A stretch of DNA of 64,000 bases from the human T2T-CHM13v2.0 reference genome, Homo sapiens. A program made the translations under genes and the position numbers. The stretch is from the NCBI RefSeq assembly GCF_009914755.1, contig NC_060929.1; one strand, given 5' to 3'. The notes under the pieces were generated by a model, which saw only the letters and a program-made list of their open reading frames with translations, was not told the DNA's origin and made no database searches. Positions 1-17,238 of this stretch are shown here, one piece after another (position 1 is the stretch's first letter; each line of letters begins with the position of its first letter).

Positions 1-1081
1 TTTAAATGGCTTTTAAACTATGTAAGCCATTTTTAAAAAATTGTGAAAGGTAGGAAGCTATCAATTAAAATTTAAATGTGATACCTTAAAATGCTTTTTA
101 GTTTTCATCTACAAAAAAAGGATGTTAGATAAAAACAATTTTTAAGGACTCTCTAGTTTTAAAATTCTATGATTTAATCATGTGATCTACTTCTTTAATA
201 TTTAATCTTCTGTCATACAGCCTTTGTAGTATACTTTTTAATTCTATAGTTCAATAGAAGTATAATTTGTCAGTGGTTAAGACAAATTCATATGAAATAA
301 CTTGAAAATCTATTTTAAAAACAATCAATAAAAGTAAATTTTGGATTTCTTCAAATTAAATCTAAAAATCCATCACTATACTGGCTTTTTATTTTATTTG
401 CTGCTTTACTTATCTCAACAGTGAATCTATCATATCAACATAGTCATCATGATCCAAGCTGCAAATAATAGAGAGTGTCAGTGTCAATTTTGCTTTCTCA
501 CACTTGCTTCCCTTCACTTCATCTGATTTTAATAATCCCTGTCAAACCACAAACAGTTCAAATTATCTTCATGACACAGAAGCTTTCAAGGAGCAGACAG
601 AATCTCAACTTTCATTTAGCAACTACAAAAGAAAGCTGTCCAGCTGGACAAATATTATTTCCACACTTGACAATCTCTACAGTTAAGCATGCATTTTAAT
701 TTTAACTAAACCTGCCAGGAGTTTGATATGAGCTCCTTGTTGCGTGCAGATTGACTCACAGGATTATCAGACCAATGACTGTAATTGAGAGGAAAGAACC
801 TAGCATTTATTTACTAACAGATGAATCACATACCAAAGCTGAGGGATCAAAATGAACATGTAAGAGATAGTATGTAGGTATAGACTGCAGGGGAGAAACT
901 ACTTAAATTAAGTGCTTTAACTATTAAATAAATTTTAAATATCTAGAACACATTCTTGACGTAATTCTGAAAAGTAACAGCTAATAAGTCAAATCATAAA
1001 ACAGTTAAAATTTTACCCGTAGACACTATTGAGAAACAGGTTCTAAGATGAAATCTAAAGAGATTTTAAAAGGTGTTTTGA

Positions 1082-1440
<359 letters not shown>

Positions 1441-1676
1441 CTATATGTCAATTATAGTGAAACTGATGTTCTTGACAGGTTATCAAAGTCCACTCAATAT
1501 AGATCAATATGCCCTTGTACACACAATATAAAACTAAAAAAAAGTTCACAGTAAAAATAAATAATAAGTTGTAGAGAAATATTAGAATAAAAGTTACAGT
1601 GTAAAACTATAACAATGACAATTGTATCTTTGAAGTTTAATTTATTAAAGTTAAATCTAAAACTTTCCAACTGTAA

Positions 1677-2005
<329 letters not shown>

Positions 2006-2236
2006 TGAGCATTTCCTTTATAAGTTAGGCCTGAATTCCTCCTAAAGTTATCAGAACCTCAAAATTATCTGATGTCAGTCTTCCCTCCAACCTCCTATAC
2101 TTGACACTAGTTCCGCTTTCTTTCTTCCCCAAAGGCTAATCCATTGGCTCTCAGAGCACTGTTTTTCTACCATTTCTATCTTGAATACCACAACTCAGGT
2201 TCCTTTACCAGCTCTTTTTCTTTCTATTCCCCTTGT

Positions 2237-2476
2237 TTTTTTTTTTTTTTTTTTGCAGACAAGGTCTCATTCTGTCACCCAGGCTGGAATGGCATGATCA
2301 TAGCCTACTGCAGCCTTGACCTCCTGGGCTCAAGGGATCCTCCCACCTCAGCCTCCCAAGTAGCTGTGACTACCGGCATGAGCCACCATGCCTAATTTTT
2401 GAATTTGTGTGTGTGTGTGTGTGTGTGATGGAGATGAGGTATCGACTACCGGCATGAGCCACCATGCCTTATTTTT

Positions 2477-2512
<36 letters not shown>

Positions 2513-2560
2513 TGGAGATGAGGTATCGACTACCGGCATGAGCCACCATGCCTTATTTTT

Positions 2561-2606
<46 letters not shown>

Positions 2607-2725
2607 TGGAGATGAGGTATCCCTACATTGCCCTGACTGGTCTCTAACTTCTGGCTTCAAGCGAACCTCTTGCTTCAGCCTCCCAAAATGCTGGGATTAC
2701 AGGCACGAGCAACTGCTCCTGGGCT
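2237..2725 (-). mobile_element. AluJ-like element carrying an internal triplication with (TG)n
   Basis: Alu arms at both ends; the central ~80-bp unit is repeated three times (2368-2621). Confidence 0.88.
2368..2621. repeat. Tandem triplication (76/84/94 bp), each unit containing a (TG)n microsatellite
   Basis: Unit gactaccggcatgagccaccatgcct..tttttga..(tg)n atggagatgaggtatc starts at 2368, 2444 and 2528. Confidence 0.95.
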
Positions 2726-2896
2726 ACTACTTGTTACAAGAGTAGGTTAGAGTCTGTTTACATATCCAGTTAGGTTACTGTTCACTATGTATGAGGAAAC
2801 CGAATTTAAAATATGTAAGAAGGCAGCTTTAGGTTCAACTTATCCCTGTGCAGGGTTCAAACCCCATCATCTGGATTAGTGCAGCAGTTTTCTAAA

Positions 2897-3019
2897 TCTT
2901 TCTTTTATTTTCTCTTTTCTTTTCTTTTTTCTTTTCTTTTCCTTCCATCCTTCCCTTCCCTCCCTCCCTTTTCTTTTCTTTTCTTTTCTTTTTCTTCTCT
3001 TCTCTTCTCTTCTCCTCTC

Positions 3020-3050
<31 letters not shown>

Positions 3051-3253
3051 TTCTTTCCTCTCTCTCTCTCTCTCTCTTTCTTTCCTGTCTCTCTTTCTCT
3101 CTCTTTCTTGCTTTCCTTTTTTTTTTTTTTTTTTGGTAGAGATGAGGTCTCACACTGTTGTCCAAGCTGGTCTCGAACTCCTGGCCCAAGGGAACCTCCT
3201 GCTTTGGCATGCCAAAGTGTTGGGATTATAGGTGTGAGCCACCATGCCTGGTC
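2897..3253 (-). repeat. Polypyrimidine (TTTC/CT)n tract abutting an Alu monomer fragment
   Basis: About 240 bp of nearly pure C/T, followed by Alu left-arm sequence at 3136-3253. Confidence 0.88.
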
Positions 3254-3366
3254 TCTCCCTGTTTTTTTGCAACATCACCTTCTAACTCATTCTCTATCTG
3301 CTGCCAGAATGATCTTTCTAAAACATAGGGAAAAAAAATCCATGTTTATAGCAGGATTTTAATTCC

Positions 3367-3663
3367 TTTTTTTTTTTTTTTGAGACAGAATCTCCTTTTG
3401 TTGCCCAGGCTGGGTGCAGTGGTGCAATCTCAGCTCACCGCAACCTCTGCCTCCCAGGTTGAGGCAATTCTCCTGCCTCAGCCTCCTGGATAGCTGGGAT
3501 TACAGGCGCCCACCACCATATCTGGCTAATTTTTGTATTTTTACAAGAGATGGGGTTTCACCATGTTGGCCAGGCTGGTCTCAAACTCCTGACCTCAAGT
3601 GATCCACCCCCGTCAGCCTCCCAAACTGCTGGGATTACATGCCTGAGCCACCGCACCTGGCTG
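3367..3663 (-). mobile_element. AluS
   Basis: PolyT followed by reverse-complement Alu body. Confidence 0.92.
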
Positions 3664-3759
3664 CAAAATTTTAACTCTGACTGGGAATAAAGTTAGACTC
3701 TTAAGAGAAAATCAGAAGAAGGTAGTTTGTAGTGGGGAAATAGTGTGTTCATTTCATTT

Positions 3760-4205
3760 TACTTTTAAAATTATTTTTAATTGATAAATTATAATTGAAT
3801 ATATTTATGGGCTACAAAGTGATTTTATGACATAGGTATACAGTGTGGAAAGATTGAATCAAGCTAATTAACATATCCATTGCCTTAAATACTTATCATT
3901 TATTCTTCCTGTCTAAATGAAACTTTATCCTTTGACCCATATCTCTCCATTCTCCCCATTCCCCAGGCTCTTGTAAACATCGTTCTACTGTCTGCTTCTA
4001 TCAGTTCAATTGTTTGAGATTCCACATATAAGTGAGAACATGCCATATCTATCTTTCTGTTCCTGGCTTATTTCACTTAGTGTAATGTCCTCCAGGTTCA
4101 TCCATATTGTTGCAAATGACAGAATTTCCTTTTCTAAGGCTGAATAGTATTCCATTGTGTATATATACCATATTTTCTTAATCCATTAATCTGTTAATGG
4201 ACACT
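3760..4205 (-). mobile_element. Old L1 (L1MA/MB-type) 3' end fragment
   Basis: Typical L1 3'UTR antisense motifs (ttccacatataagtgagaacatg; ggctgaatagtattccattgtgtatatataccat). Confidence 0.8.
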
Positions 4206-5448
4206 GAGGTGGTATGTTCATTTTAGAATAATGACTTTGAAATACAAGAAATATATCTAGGAAGCACTTAGAAAAGGGGAAACTGAACGTGAGAAGGAGG
4301 GAATGAAGCATATTTACATAAAATGTCCATATAAATTATCATCCAAATCAGGACTTTTTTGAGATTAAAAAGCAGGTACCAAAAATTATTAAAATTATAT
4401 GATTTTTGAAACACATATTACTAACCAGTTAAACAGTTTTATATAATTGCTGACCTACAAACTAATTACATTGAAACACTATTTTTAAAAATAATATTCT
4501 TTCAAAAAATTTATATCTTTGCTTTCAAAAGTAAAAACATCTTTATATTGCTTGAAAAATAAATAATGATTCTTGATATATTTTTGCATACTTTAATGAG
4601 TTTCTTAGCTGTATCTGTCATCCACAGATATTTCTTGAAAAATGCATTTTAAAAATATGACTATTCTTTTTATATTTTTCCAAGTTTCATTTTATAGTTA
4701 GCAAATTTTAAATTGTTCATACCATGAATAGACTCTTCTATATAGATTATAATATTTTTAATTGAGAAAATACTCTCTCTCAGGTGATAAGCTACTTGGT
4801 AAATTTATTAAGTTCAGAGTAAATTTTGCTAGATGAAGTACATTCTCAATTTTAATTTTTAGTAATGAAATACATAAATATTTTAGCTCAAATATTTTTA
4901 CAGGTACTATTTTTTTTGGCCTCCATGCAGATTGCATTTCTTTGACCAAAAATTTTAAAAGACAAAACTCATCAAATAAATGTTAATGATTATTTTGAAC
5001 GGTTTGCTAAATTTAAGTGCTGCAAAACCATAACCTTTCTCAGTTTAACATCATTCTGGATCAGAATGTAAATGTATCCAATAGAAAACTTCATCTCTAT
5101 CAAAAGATTTTCCCCATAAGTCTTGGGCATTTCAAAGCGTAATTGGGAATTTCACAATTAAATCTTGCATGTAATTTGAGTGCTTATCATTGTTCAATTG
5201 TCCCTTTGATTTCATGAGGATATATTTCAATATCCTCCCATTTGCAAGGTTTGTTTTCAATAATTGCAATTCCTTAAAAGCTTAACATAAGCTGAATATT
5301 TTGCCCTCCATTTGTTGAATGCTTTGACTAAATATTTCTAATGGATTCTGAAGAAACTGCGGCCAAAATTTAGAGGTCATTTTTACAAAAATGTTTAATA
5401 CCATGATGGAACACTTAAGTTGATTTACAAAGTCTCAGACATTTCTAA

Positions 5449-7487
<2,039 letters not shown>

Positions 7488-7556
7488 TATTCTCGCACGG
7501 ACTACAACCACGACCAATGATATGAAAAACCATCGTTGTATTTCAACTACAAGAAC
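7488..7556 (-). pseudogene. mt-tRNA-Glu pseudogene (NUMT)
   Basis: 69 bp (tattctcgcacggactacaaccacgacc...ctacaagaac) between ND6 and CYTB. Confidence 0.92.
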
Positions 7557-7560
7557 ACTA

Positions 7561-8701
7561 ATGACCCCAACACGCAAAACCAACTCGTTAATAAAATTAA
7601 TTAACCACTCATTTATTGATCTCCCCACTCCATCTAACATCTCCACATGATGAAACCTCGGCTCACTTCTTGGCGCCTGCCTAACCATTCAAATGATCAC
7701 AGGACTATTCCTAGCCATACACTAATCACCAGATGCTTCAACCGCCTTCTCATCAATCGCCCACATCACCTGAGACGTAAACCATGGCTGAATCATCCGC
7801 TACCTCCACGCTAACGGTGCCTCAATATTCTTCATCTGCCTCTTCCTACACATCGGCCGAGGCTTATACTATGGCTCATTCCTCTACCTAGAAACCTGAA
7901 ACATTGGTATTATCCTCTTATTCACAACCATAGCAACAGCCTTCATAGGCTATGTCCTCCCATGAGGCCAAATATTCTTCTGAGGAGCCACGGTAATTAC
8001 GAATCTATTGTCCGCCATTCCATACATCGGAACAGACCTAGTCCAATGAGTCTGAGGTGGCTACTCAGTAGAAAGACCCACCCTCACACGATTCTTTACC
8101 TTCCACTTCATTCTGCCCTTTATTATTACAGCCTTAACAACCCTACACCTTCTATTCCTACACGAAATAGGATCAAACAATCCCTTAGGCATCCCCTCCC
8201 ATTCCGACAAAATTACCTTCCATCCTTACTACACAACCAAAGACATCCTAGGCCTATTCCTTTTCCTCCTCACCCTATTAACACTAGTACTATTCTCACC
8301 AGACCTCCTGGGCGACCCAGACAACTACACCCTGACTAACCCCCTAAACACCCCACCCCACATCAAACCCGAATGATATTTCCTATTCGCCTACGCAATT
8401 CTCCGATCCATTCCCAATAAACTAGGAGGCATTCTAGCCCTTCTACTATCCATCCTCATCCTAGCAGCAATTCCTATACTCCACATATCCAAACAACAAA
8501 GCATAATATTTCACCCATTAAGCCAATTCCTATATTGATTCCTAGCCACAGACCTTCTTACCCTAACCTGAATTGGAGGACAACCAGTGAACTACCCCTT
8601 CACTACCATCGGACAAGTAGCATCCGTACTATACTTCACGACAATTTTAATCCTCATACCAGCCACCTCCTCAATCGAAAATAAAATACTCAAATGGACC
8701 T
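7561..8701 (+). pseudogene. MTCYBP35: MT-CYB pseudogene, full length (1141 bp)
   Basis: ATG ACC CCA start, incomplete T stop at 8701, PEWY motif (cccgaatgatat in the mitochondrial code), premature TAA at 7723-7725 (codon 55). Pseudogene number recalled. Confidence 0.93.
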
Positions 8702-8767
8702 GCCCCTGTAGTATAAACCAATACACCGGTCTTGTAAACTGGAAATGAAGACTTCCTTCCAAGGACA
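8702..8767 (+). pseudogene. mt-tRNA-Thr pseudogene (NUMT)
   Basis: 66 bp directly after CYTB; anticodon loop cttgtaa. Confidence 0.9.
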
Positions 8768-8769
8768 AA

Positions 8770-8837
8770 TCAGAGAAAAAGTACTTGACTTCACCATCAG
8801 CACCCAAAGCTAAGATTCTAATTTAAACTACTCTCTG
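8770..8837 (-). pseudogene. mt-tRNA-Pro pseudogene (NUMT)
   Basis: 68 bp (tcagagaaaaag...cacccaaagctaagattctaatttaaactactctctg). Confidence 0.9.
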
Positions 8838-8940
8838 TACTTTCATGGGGAAGCAAATTTGAGTACCACCCAAGTATTGACCCACCCCATCAATGGCCAC
8901 CATGTATATCGTGCATTACTGCCAGCCACCATGAATATTA
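8838..8940 (+). other. mtDNA control-region (HVS1 start) fragment in the NUMT
   Basis: ctttcatggggaagcaaatttgagtaccacccaagtattgac...cattactgccagccaccatgaatatt. Confidence 0.9.
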
Positions 8941-9962
8941 CCATGTCATACTTAGTTATTTTTGTTTTATTCAACTTCAGTCTAATCATGAACATTTATA
9001 GGCTGTTTACCTTGTATATGTATAATCATATTTGTACTTGACAACTACATCTTCCACTTGGATTGGTAGAATATTGCAGATTTTGGGGATGTAATTATGA
9101 ATTACTGTGTGCATTACAACATATTTCAAGTATAGTTTTCCCCACAGGTTCTAAATTTGCTAAAAGAAGGCATTTATATGATGTTGTGTTCCACAACAAT
9201 ATATTTTTAATAGTACCAAGAGAAAATAATTTTATCATTGATGTTGCAGTTTGTAACTTAATTTACAATAATATTCACAATACTGTCAAGTGTTTCAACT
9301 TCAACAGAATGAACTTTCAAATGGTTTACTTTGATTTAAGGAATTAGATAAGAAATTTGAACCATTATTATTGGAATTAATTGATTTTCTACATTTAGAA
9401 GTATCCAGTAATACTGACGTACAACTGACATAATTTAATGATTGAAGTTCTTCTAATGGAGTGAATACATTAACAGCTATTGTTTCACTTTTCACACATG
9501 CACAAGAAAACTTGAAACTAAAAATAAAAGAAATTAATTCAGAACAGTCACTTGATCTAAATGAAGTCATGCCTGACAGAGTGGTATACAAATGTACCTT
9601 CTGTGGCTAAGTATTAAAAGGTAATATTTTTAGATGTGGTCTTAAAATAAAACTGTGTATTAGATGTTGCTGCCTCTTTCACAGATTTAAGTCTTGTTTT
9701 CATGTGGTCAGTTATACCATTACAGAGTCATCATGGTGGATGGTAAGTGTCAACAAACATTTTATGAGAGTTATACATGAATTATTTCCAGCAAATCAAG
9801 GAAATTCAGTATTGTCTGATAAATGTACACTGATATTTTGTTTTGTTATCACTGTTGCTAAAAAGGATTATTATAAAATAAAAATACATTATCCAGTAAT
9901 AAAATAAATAAGTAGTTGTAGTTTTATACCATATGATACATGATAAACAAAACCTTTTTAGT

Positions 9963-10115
9963 GGCCGGGCACAATGGCATGTGCCTGTAGTTCCAGCTAC
10001 TATGAGACTGAGGTGGGAGCATTGCTTGAGCCCAAGAGTTCAAGCCTGTGGTGTGCTAGTAGTGTGCCTGTGAAAAGCCACTGCATTCTAGCCTGGGCAA
10101 CATAGTGAGACTCTA
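9963..10115 (+). mobile_element. Alu monomer (FLAM/FAM-like)
   Basis: Single 7SL-derived arm followed by polyA. Confidence 0.8.
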
Positions 10116-10911
10116 TCTCTTAAAAAAAAAAAAAAGCCCCACAAAAAAACCAAGTTTGGACTATATTCACTCTATGGCAAGAGTAAATAAAGACTGGGAA
10201 ATGTACAATCAACTGACCAGGGCACGGGCACATCAACTGGCCAGCAGGGCTGGCAGCATTAAGTACTTCTGCTACTACCATCACCCAAACCTGAAGGAGT
10301 TAGCTGTACCTAACTGCTCATGTCTGAGTGTATTCACTTTATCAGTAAGCACCCTTCATGCTGTTCTTGAAAAATATGTTTTACCTTACAATCCTTCTGG
10401 AAAGGATCTAAAAAAGAAAAATGGGCTATTGGCAATTTAGCCACATGTTAAAGTATGAGCTTCATTCATTACACTGCAGACTCACATATGAACCATGTCA
10501 CAATTTAGAAGTACACAGTATAGGTCAACCTAAACCTATTCTGGTTTATTTATATATAACTGTTAAATAATACTTCACTCAAAAACGAAAAATCTGCAAT
10601 TCATTAAAAATTATAATCTACCTTTCTATGGCATGACATGGAAAGATTTCCAGAATATTATATTATTTCATTTAAAAAATTGTAGAACTATATATACAGC
10701 ATAATACAGGATATTTTTGAAAAAACAAACTATCCCATAAAATAAAGAATACACACTAAACTATTAGCAGTGCTTATCTGTGGGTGATAGAATTAAAAAG
10801 GGACAGCAGAAAGGGAATTTTAATTCTTTATAATTGATTTTTGTTTGATATGATGAGTGTCTCACTTTTGACACCTAAGAAGTAAAAAATGAATAAGAAC
10901 AATATAATAAG

Positions 10912-11999
<1,088 letters not shown>

Positions 12000-12283
12000 T
12001 AAATATTACAAGGCATTAGCTAATGGTGTATCAACTGAGTGATACAAGTATCAAATAATCTAGCAGTCCTGCAGCAGGGAGCTCCCTATGGGCAGATGGA
12101 GATAGGAAAGGCAAGCCCCAAGAAAAAGGAAGGCAAAGGATTTCCTAAAGGTTGGGAGCCAGTGATCTTCCAATATCCATAGCTTCACAGGCCCCACAGT
12201 TGGAGACATTTTAATCTCTCACTATACATAGGTTCAAGCCCTCTCCAACTTGAGGAACGATCCACAACTAGTAAAGAAAGGAT

Positions 12284-12600
12284 GGCCGGGCGTGGTGGCT
12301 CATGCCTGTAATCCCAGCACTTTGGGAGGCTGAGGTGGGAGGATCACAAGATCAGGAGTTCGAGACCAGTCTGGCCAACATAGTGAAACCCCATCTCCAC
12401 TAAAAATATAAAAAATTAGTCGGGTGTGTTGGTGTATGCCTGTAATCCCAGCTACTCAGGAGGCTGAGGCAGGAGCATCGCGTGAACCCGGGATGGGGAG
12501 GTTGCGGTGAGCCAAGATCATGCCGTTGTACTCCAGCCAGGGTGACAGTGTAAGACTCCATCTCAAAAAAAAAAAAAAAAAAAAAGAAAAAAAAAGAAAG
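12284..12600 (+). mobile_element. AluS
   Basis: Full Alu with long A tail; aaagaaagga on both sides. Confidence 0.92.
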
Positions 12601-12724
12601 GACATAAGAAGTCCCAGACATTAACTTTAGAAGTAGATAATGTGTCAGTCTGCTTATCTCCCTGCTGTTTCACAACCTCAGCTCTTACTAACTTGATTAT
12701 TGCCAATATATAATTATGTCTTCA

Positions 12725-12910
12725 TTTTTTTTAAATTAATTTTTGTTAGTTTGTCTTTTTAGAGTCAAAGTCTTACTTTGTCACCCAGGCTGGAGTACAG
12801 TGGTGCCAGTATAAGCTCACTGCAGCCTTGAACTTTTTAAACTCAAGCAATCCTCCTGCCTCAGCCTCACAAATAGCTAGAATTAAAAGTATGAGCTACT
12901 ATACCCGGCT
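12725..12910 (-). mobile_element. Old Alu monomer/AluJ fragment
   Basis: tcacccaggctggagtacagtgg...cctcctgcctcagcctc. Confidence 0.8.
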
Positions 12911-14281
12911 CTGGTTCTCATCTTGACATTTCTATGTACTGGGATCCCACTCTTAAACCCCATTCACAGCTACCTGCTCCAGTTTCATGGACTACCATCA
13001 ACTGGGGGCCCTTGTAATTAAAGTGATGAGAACATCCCTGGGGCATCAATGGAACTGTTTTGGAGAACCAGAGCAGAAAAATCATGGATGAAAATAGTGA
13101 AAGATAAAATTGAAGAGGTATGCTATGGACAGATATTTTAAGGCCTTTTTATTTTTTCTCTCTAGGAGGAAAATATTTGGACTTTATCCTGTACATAAGA
13201 GGGAGTCAAAAATGTTTTTTTACTAAGGCAGCACACGACTAGTGTTTTATAAATATTTATAAAACAAGGTGTTAAGATGGTTTGGTGTGGGGCGAGACAA
13301 CAGAGAGAGGAAGATCAATTAGGAAGATAATTAGTAGATATGAAGGTGATGATAAATAGGAAGAGGATGTGGCCATGACGGAAAAAAAAAAAAAGATAGA
13401 TCTGAAATGACTTTCCAGGATATGATAGATAGCTTGGGGCCACTGAGTGAGGCAGACAGTTACAACTCAGAGAAAACCAGGCCGCTGTTACATGTTCAGG
13501 CACAAACAAGCTTGGGCTTCAGGCCCAATTCACCAGAGAAACTAAACAGGGCACATGTGAAAATTATAAAATCATGTTAAGAGGCAAAAGGATGGTGGAT
13601 TACATTATCAGAAACTAGCAATAGTAAAGCCAAAGTATGGTTCTCCCTGAGCAATAAAAATCAGCGTGGAAGAAGACCAATTATGACAGTAGTGACTAAA
13701 ATAAAGAGGTGGACATTGTCCATGCAATGCATATTTGATATCAAAGGCTTTTCTGGTCTTGGTAAAGGCAGCCATAGATACCATACATTGCATACACATG
13801 CCGGCCTTTGGCTGAGGAGTGGGTGACTACTATGTTTGCCCATAAGGATTTCTGCAGGCCAGGGACCCAGGATAGACCAGAGTAGAAAGATGAGGCTATA
13901 AGGAAGTTTATGCAGTAAGGGATAAATTATTACAAAGAAAATTCTTTATGTTTAATCTGAATGACAGAATGGTAGCTCATGAATAGATTTTAAAAATTTA
14001 GGAGGAAAATAGTGGTAAGAAGGCATAGCAAATTAGTGTTAGACATAATGATTTTGAGTAGGCCGTACAAGTGGAAATGTTCAGAATACAGAGGAAGGTG
14101 ATATGTGAGAGAAATGCATGAGAAAAGATAGTGCTCAGATGTCACACTATAGTTCATGAGACTAAGATGTAGCCAATCATAACAAAGTATTATTTTTCAA
14201 TCTTTAAAAAAACCTTAACATATATACAAAATAAACACAAGGGTGAATAAGAGAATCAACATTTATAGCAGTGTATCATGT

Positions 14282-14715
14282 TGCTATGGTTTGAATATTT
14301 GTCCCCTCCAACACTGATGTTGAAATTTAATCCTCAATGTGGCAGTATTGAGAGGTGAGGCCTTTAAGAGGTTATTGGGTCATGAGAGCAAAGCCCTCAT
14401 GAATGGAGTAATCCATGCATGAATTATGGATTACTAGATTAATGAGTTAATAGATTAATGGGAGTGGGACGGTGGTTTTATAAGAAGAGAATGAGAGATT
14501 TGAACAAGCATGCTCAGCCACGTCACCATGTGATACCCTGTATCACCTCTGGACTCTATGTACAGAGTCCCCACAAACAAGAAGCCTCTAACCAGATGTG
14601 GACCCTTGACCCTGGACTTCTCAGTTTCTAGAACTGCAAGAAATACATTCCTTTTCTTTATAAATTGTCCAGTTTCAGGTATTCTGTTATGAGCAACAGC
14701 AAGTGGACTAATACA
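14282..14715 (+). mobile_element. MaLR solo LTR (MSTD/MLT1A-like)
   Basis: tgctatggtttgaa...ggactaataca with 5-bp TSD catgt (14277-14281 / 14716-14720). Confidence 0.88.
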
Positions 14716-16947
14716 CATGTACTAATAAAACTAAACTAACTTACATTGCTGCTTCATTACTTGGTGAGAGAAGAGACATCTACTCACGGAAGAATCTATT
14801 TACTCAATAATGGCACCTTACATTTATAAATTATAATAGTTGTCTACTAACATCTCCTTAAATATGTAAGTTACAGAGCTAATAAATGAGATGACCAAGA
14901 TTTTAGTTATAATTAAAAGAAAAAATTTAACTCTTCTTAAAAAAAAATTTTGTTCAATTTGTTGGATAATGACGCACTGGTTTAAAAGATGCACAGCAAT
15001 TTAACGTATGTGTGTACACACATATCTCAAAAGAAAGCTTCACAAAGCATTACTTACTCTTAATACTTGCTCTTACATTTTCTATTCTATTGCTTTTCAT
15101 TTTTTCATTTTTTTCCTTTTTAATACTGCCTATAGCTTCTAAGTTGATTTCAGCATCTATAGTTTGGCTTAGAGATTTTTAGATTAAAAAGAGACATTTA
15201 TGATCATTTTATAGAACCATCTGTAAAGCTATGATTGAAAAATCCAGAAGAGATATTTTTAAGAAAATGTAAAAAAGAAAAAAACCAGAAAATGAATGGT
15301 TGCGAGCTACTAACAGAGTGGGAAAAGAGACAAAGGATAGATAAAATCAGGTCATAGGGTGGACAAAGACAGTATCAAAGAGGACAATGTTGCAAAAATG
15401 AATGTGAAGTCAACAAAAGCTTATTTCAATACCTGTCTTTACCTTTACTGCAGGGTATTTCGAAGTGTAGTCCAAAACTAATTTAAGCCAAAATACCAGG
15501 GACACTTGCTAAAAATTCAGATACCTGGGCCCCATCCCAGACCTAGTGAATTAAACTCTCTTTGGCAATTGAAAAGTTTCCCAGGGCATCCTTTTAACTA
15601 AGTATTGTTATCTCAATTCCTTTTACAAATCAGCTTTCAAAGTGGTACTTTCCAAAAACATGCCAACTCACTTCACACATAGGTATATTTCTGAAAAGTT
15701 GTTAGGTGAGTACTTGTACACCAAACCATTATTCCCCTAAAGACTATCATGATCATTTCAGAATTATGTTCATCCAGAAAGAAACAAACCAGATTGGAGA
15801 CCATTCAACCTTTAAACAAATATTCTTTATTTTTCTGTATTACTTATGTAAGAGGTTGACCAAATGGACTCACATACTCATTATTTTTACTTAGTTTAGA
15901 AGCATGTATATTTAAAATTACAACATACTGTTAACACATTCCATTTTGACTTTGAACACTTTGAACTAATTGCACTAAACTTAACTGGTTAATTATCATA
16001 ATCAAGTGGCATTTAGCAGAACTCACAAACAGAAAAAGTGCCACAGGAAGACAGTTTTCAGAAAATACAAAAACTGAGGTTTGTGGTTTGGACTCTTAAC
16101 AGCAAAGATATCCCTTTATGTGGTGAGCTCTGCTAACAAAAAGTATTTGTCAACTTCTTGCCAATAGATAGCCAAGAAGTATGAGATGTGAATCTATTCA
16201 ATTCAAAGATGGAAATAACAGGTAAGAACAACAGTAGTTAATATTTATTCACTTATCTCATTAGAGGTTTCCTTCTAAATCCTTTATATGCATTAACTAA
16301 TTTAATCCTTACAACAATTCCGTAGACTGTGGCTTTAGACCTCATTTGAGGATGCTGAGGTATAGAATTATATAATTTTCCTGAGATCCCACAGCTAGAA
16401 ATAGGAGGTGAGATTCAAAACCAGGCAGCCTGTCTCCAGAATCTACATTCAAAGACAGTGGGATACACTAGGATTTTAAGAAAGTCTTAGATGTTGGAAC
16501 AATTACCTGCCTCTATATAAATGCTTTCTGTTTATGTTTTTTTTCTGTTCTTTATACAATTGATTTTAAGATAAATTGTGACTACCTTGCATCCCTGCTT
16601 ATGTTTAGTTACTAGATCTCATTATAATGCTCTTGAAATATGACAGGAATTCCAAAATTAGCATCAAATAGGAATTCAGCATCATACAGAAAAATAAAAA
16701 TGTATTTTAAAAGATACTTAATTCTAAATTTAAGGGCAGAATAGTATAGTGGTTTACAGGCTGTGCTTCTCAATTTTTCATGTGCCAGTCACCTAAGTAC
16801 ATTGTTAAAAATGCAGATTTTCAGCAGCTCTGAGATTCTGCATTTGTAGCAAGTTCCTGGGTGATGGTAACACTGCTGGCCTGAAGATTATATTTTGAGT
16901 AGGAAAGGTTCAGAGTTCAAACTCTGGAGTCACACTGCTTATGTTTC

Positions 16948-17238
16948 TTTCTTTTTTGAGACAGAGTCAGACTCTGTCACCCAGGCTGGAGTACAGTGGC
17001 ATGGTCTTGGCTCACTGCAACCTCTGCCTCCTGGGTTCAAGCGATTCTCCTGCCTCAGCCCCGCCCCCGTAGCTGGGACTACAGGAGCGTGCCACCACAC
17101 CCGGCTAATTTTTGTATTTTTAGTAGAGACGGGGTTTCACTATGTTGGCCAGGCTTGTCTTGAACTCCTGACCTCGTGATCTGCCCACCTCGGCCTCCCA
17201 AAGTGCTGGGATTACAGGCGTGAGCCACTGCACCCAGA
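16948..17238 (-). mobile_element. AluS inserted in a MIR
   Basis: 17-bp TSD cacactgcttatgtttc (16931-16947 / 17241-17257); MIR core on the flanks. Confidence 0.92.

Noticed and set aside
2368-2621. Repeat-spacer-like pattern resembling a CRISPR array
   Set aside because: The repeats are Alu-derived and the spacers are (TG)n; the context is eukaryotic with no cas genes.
2879-3210. F/S/L-rich and K/R/E-rich ORFs
   Set aside because: Translations of a (CT/TTTC)n tract.
16808-16845. Hairpin aaatgcaga...tctgcattt
   Set aside because: Intrinsic palindrome of a MER5A-type element; similar elements lie at about 15.5 kb and 27.2 kb.
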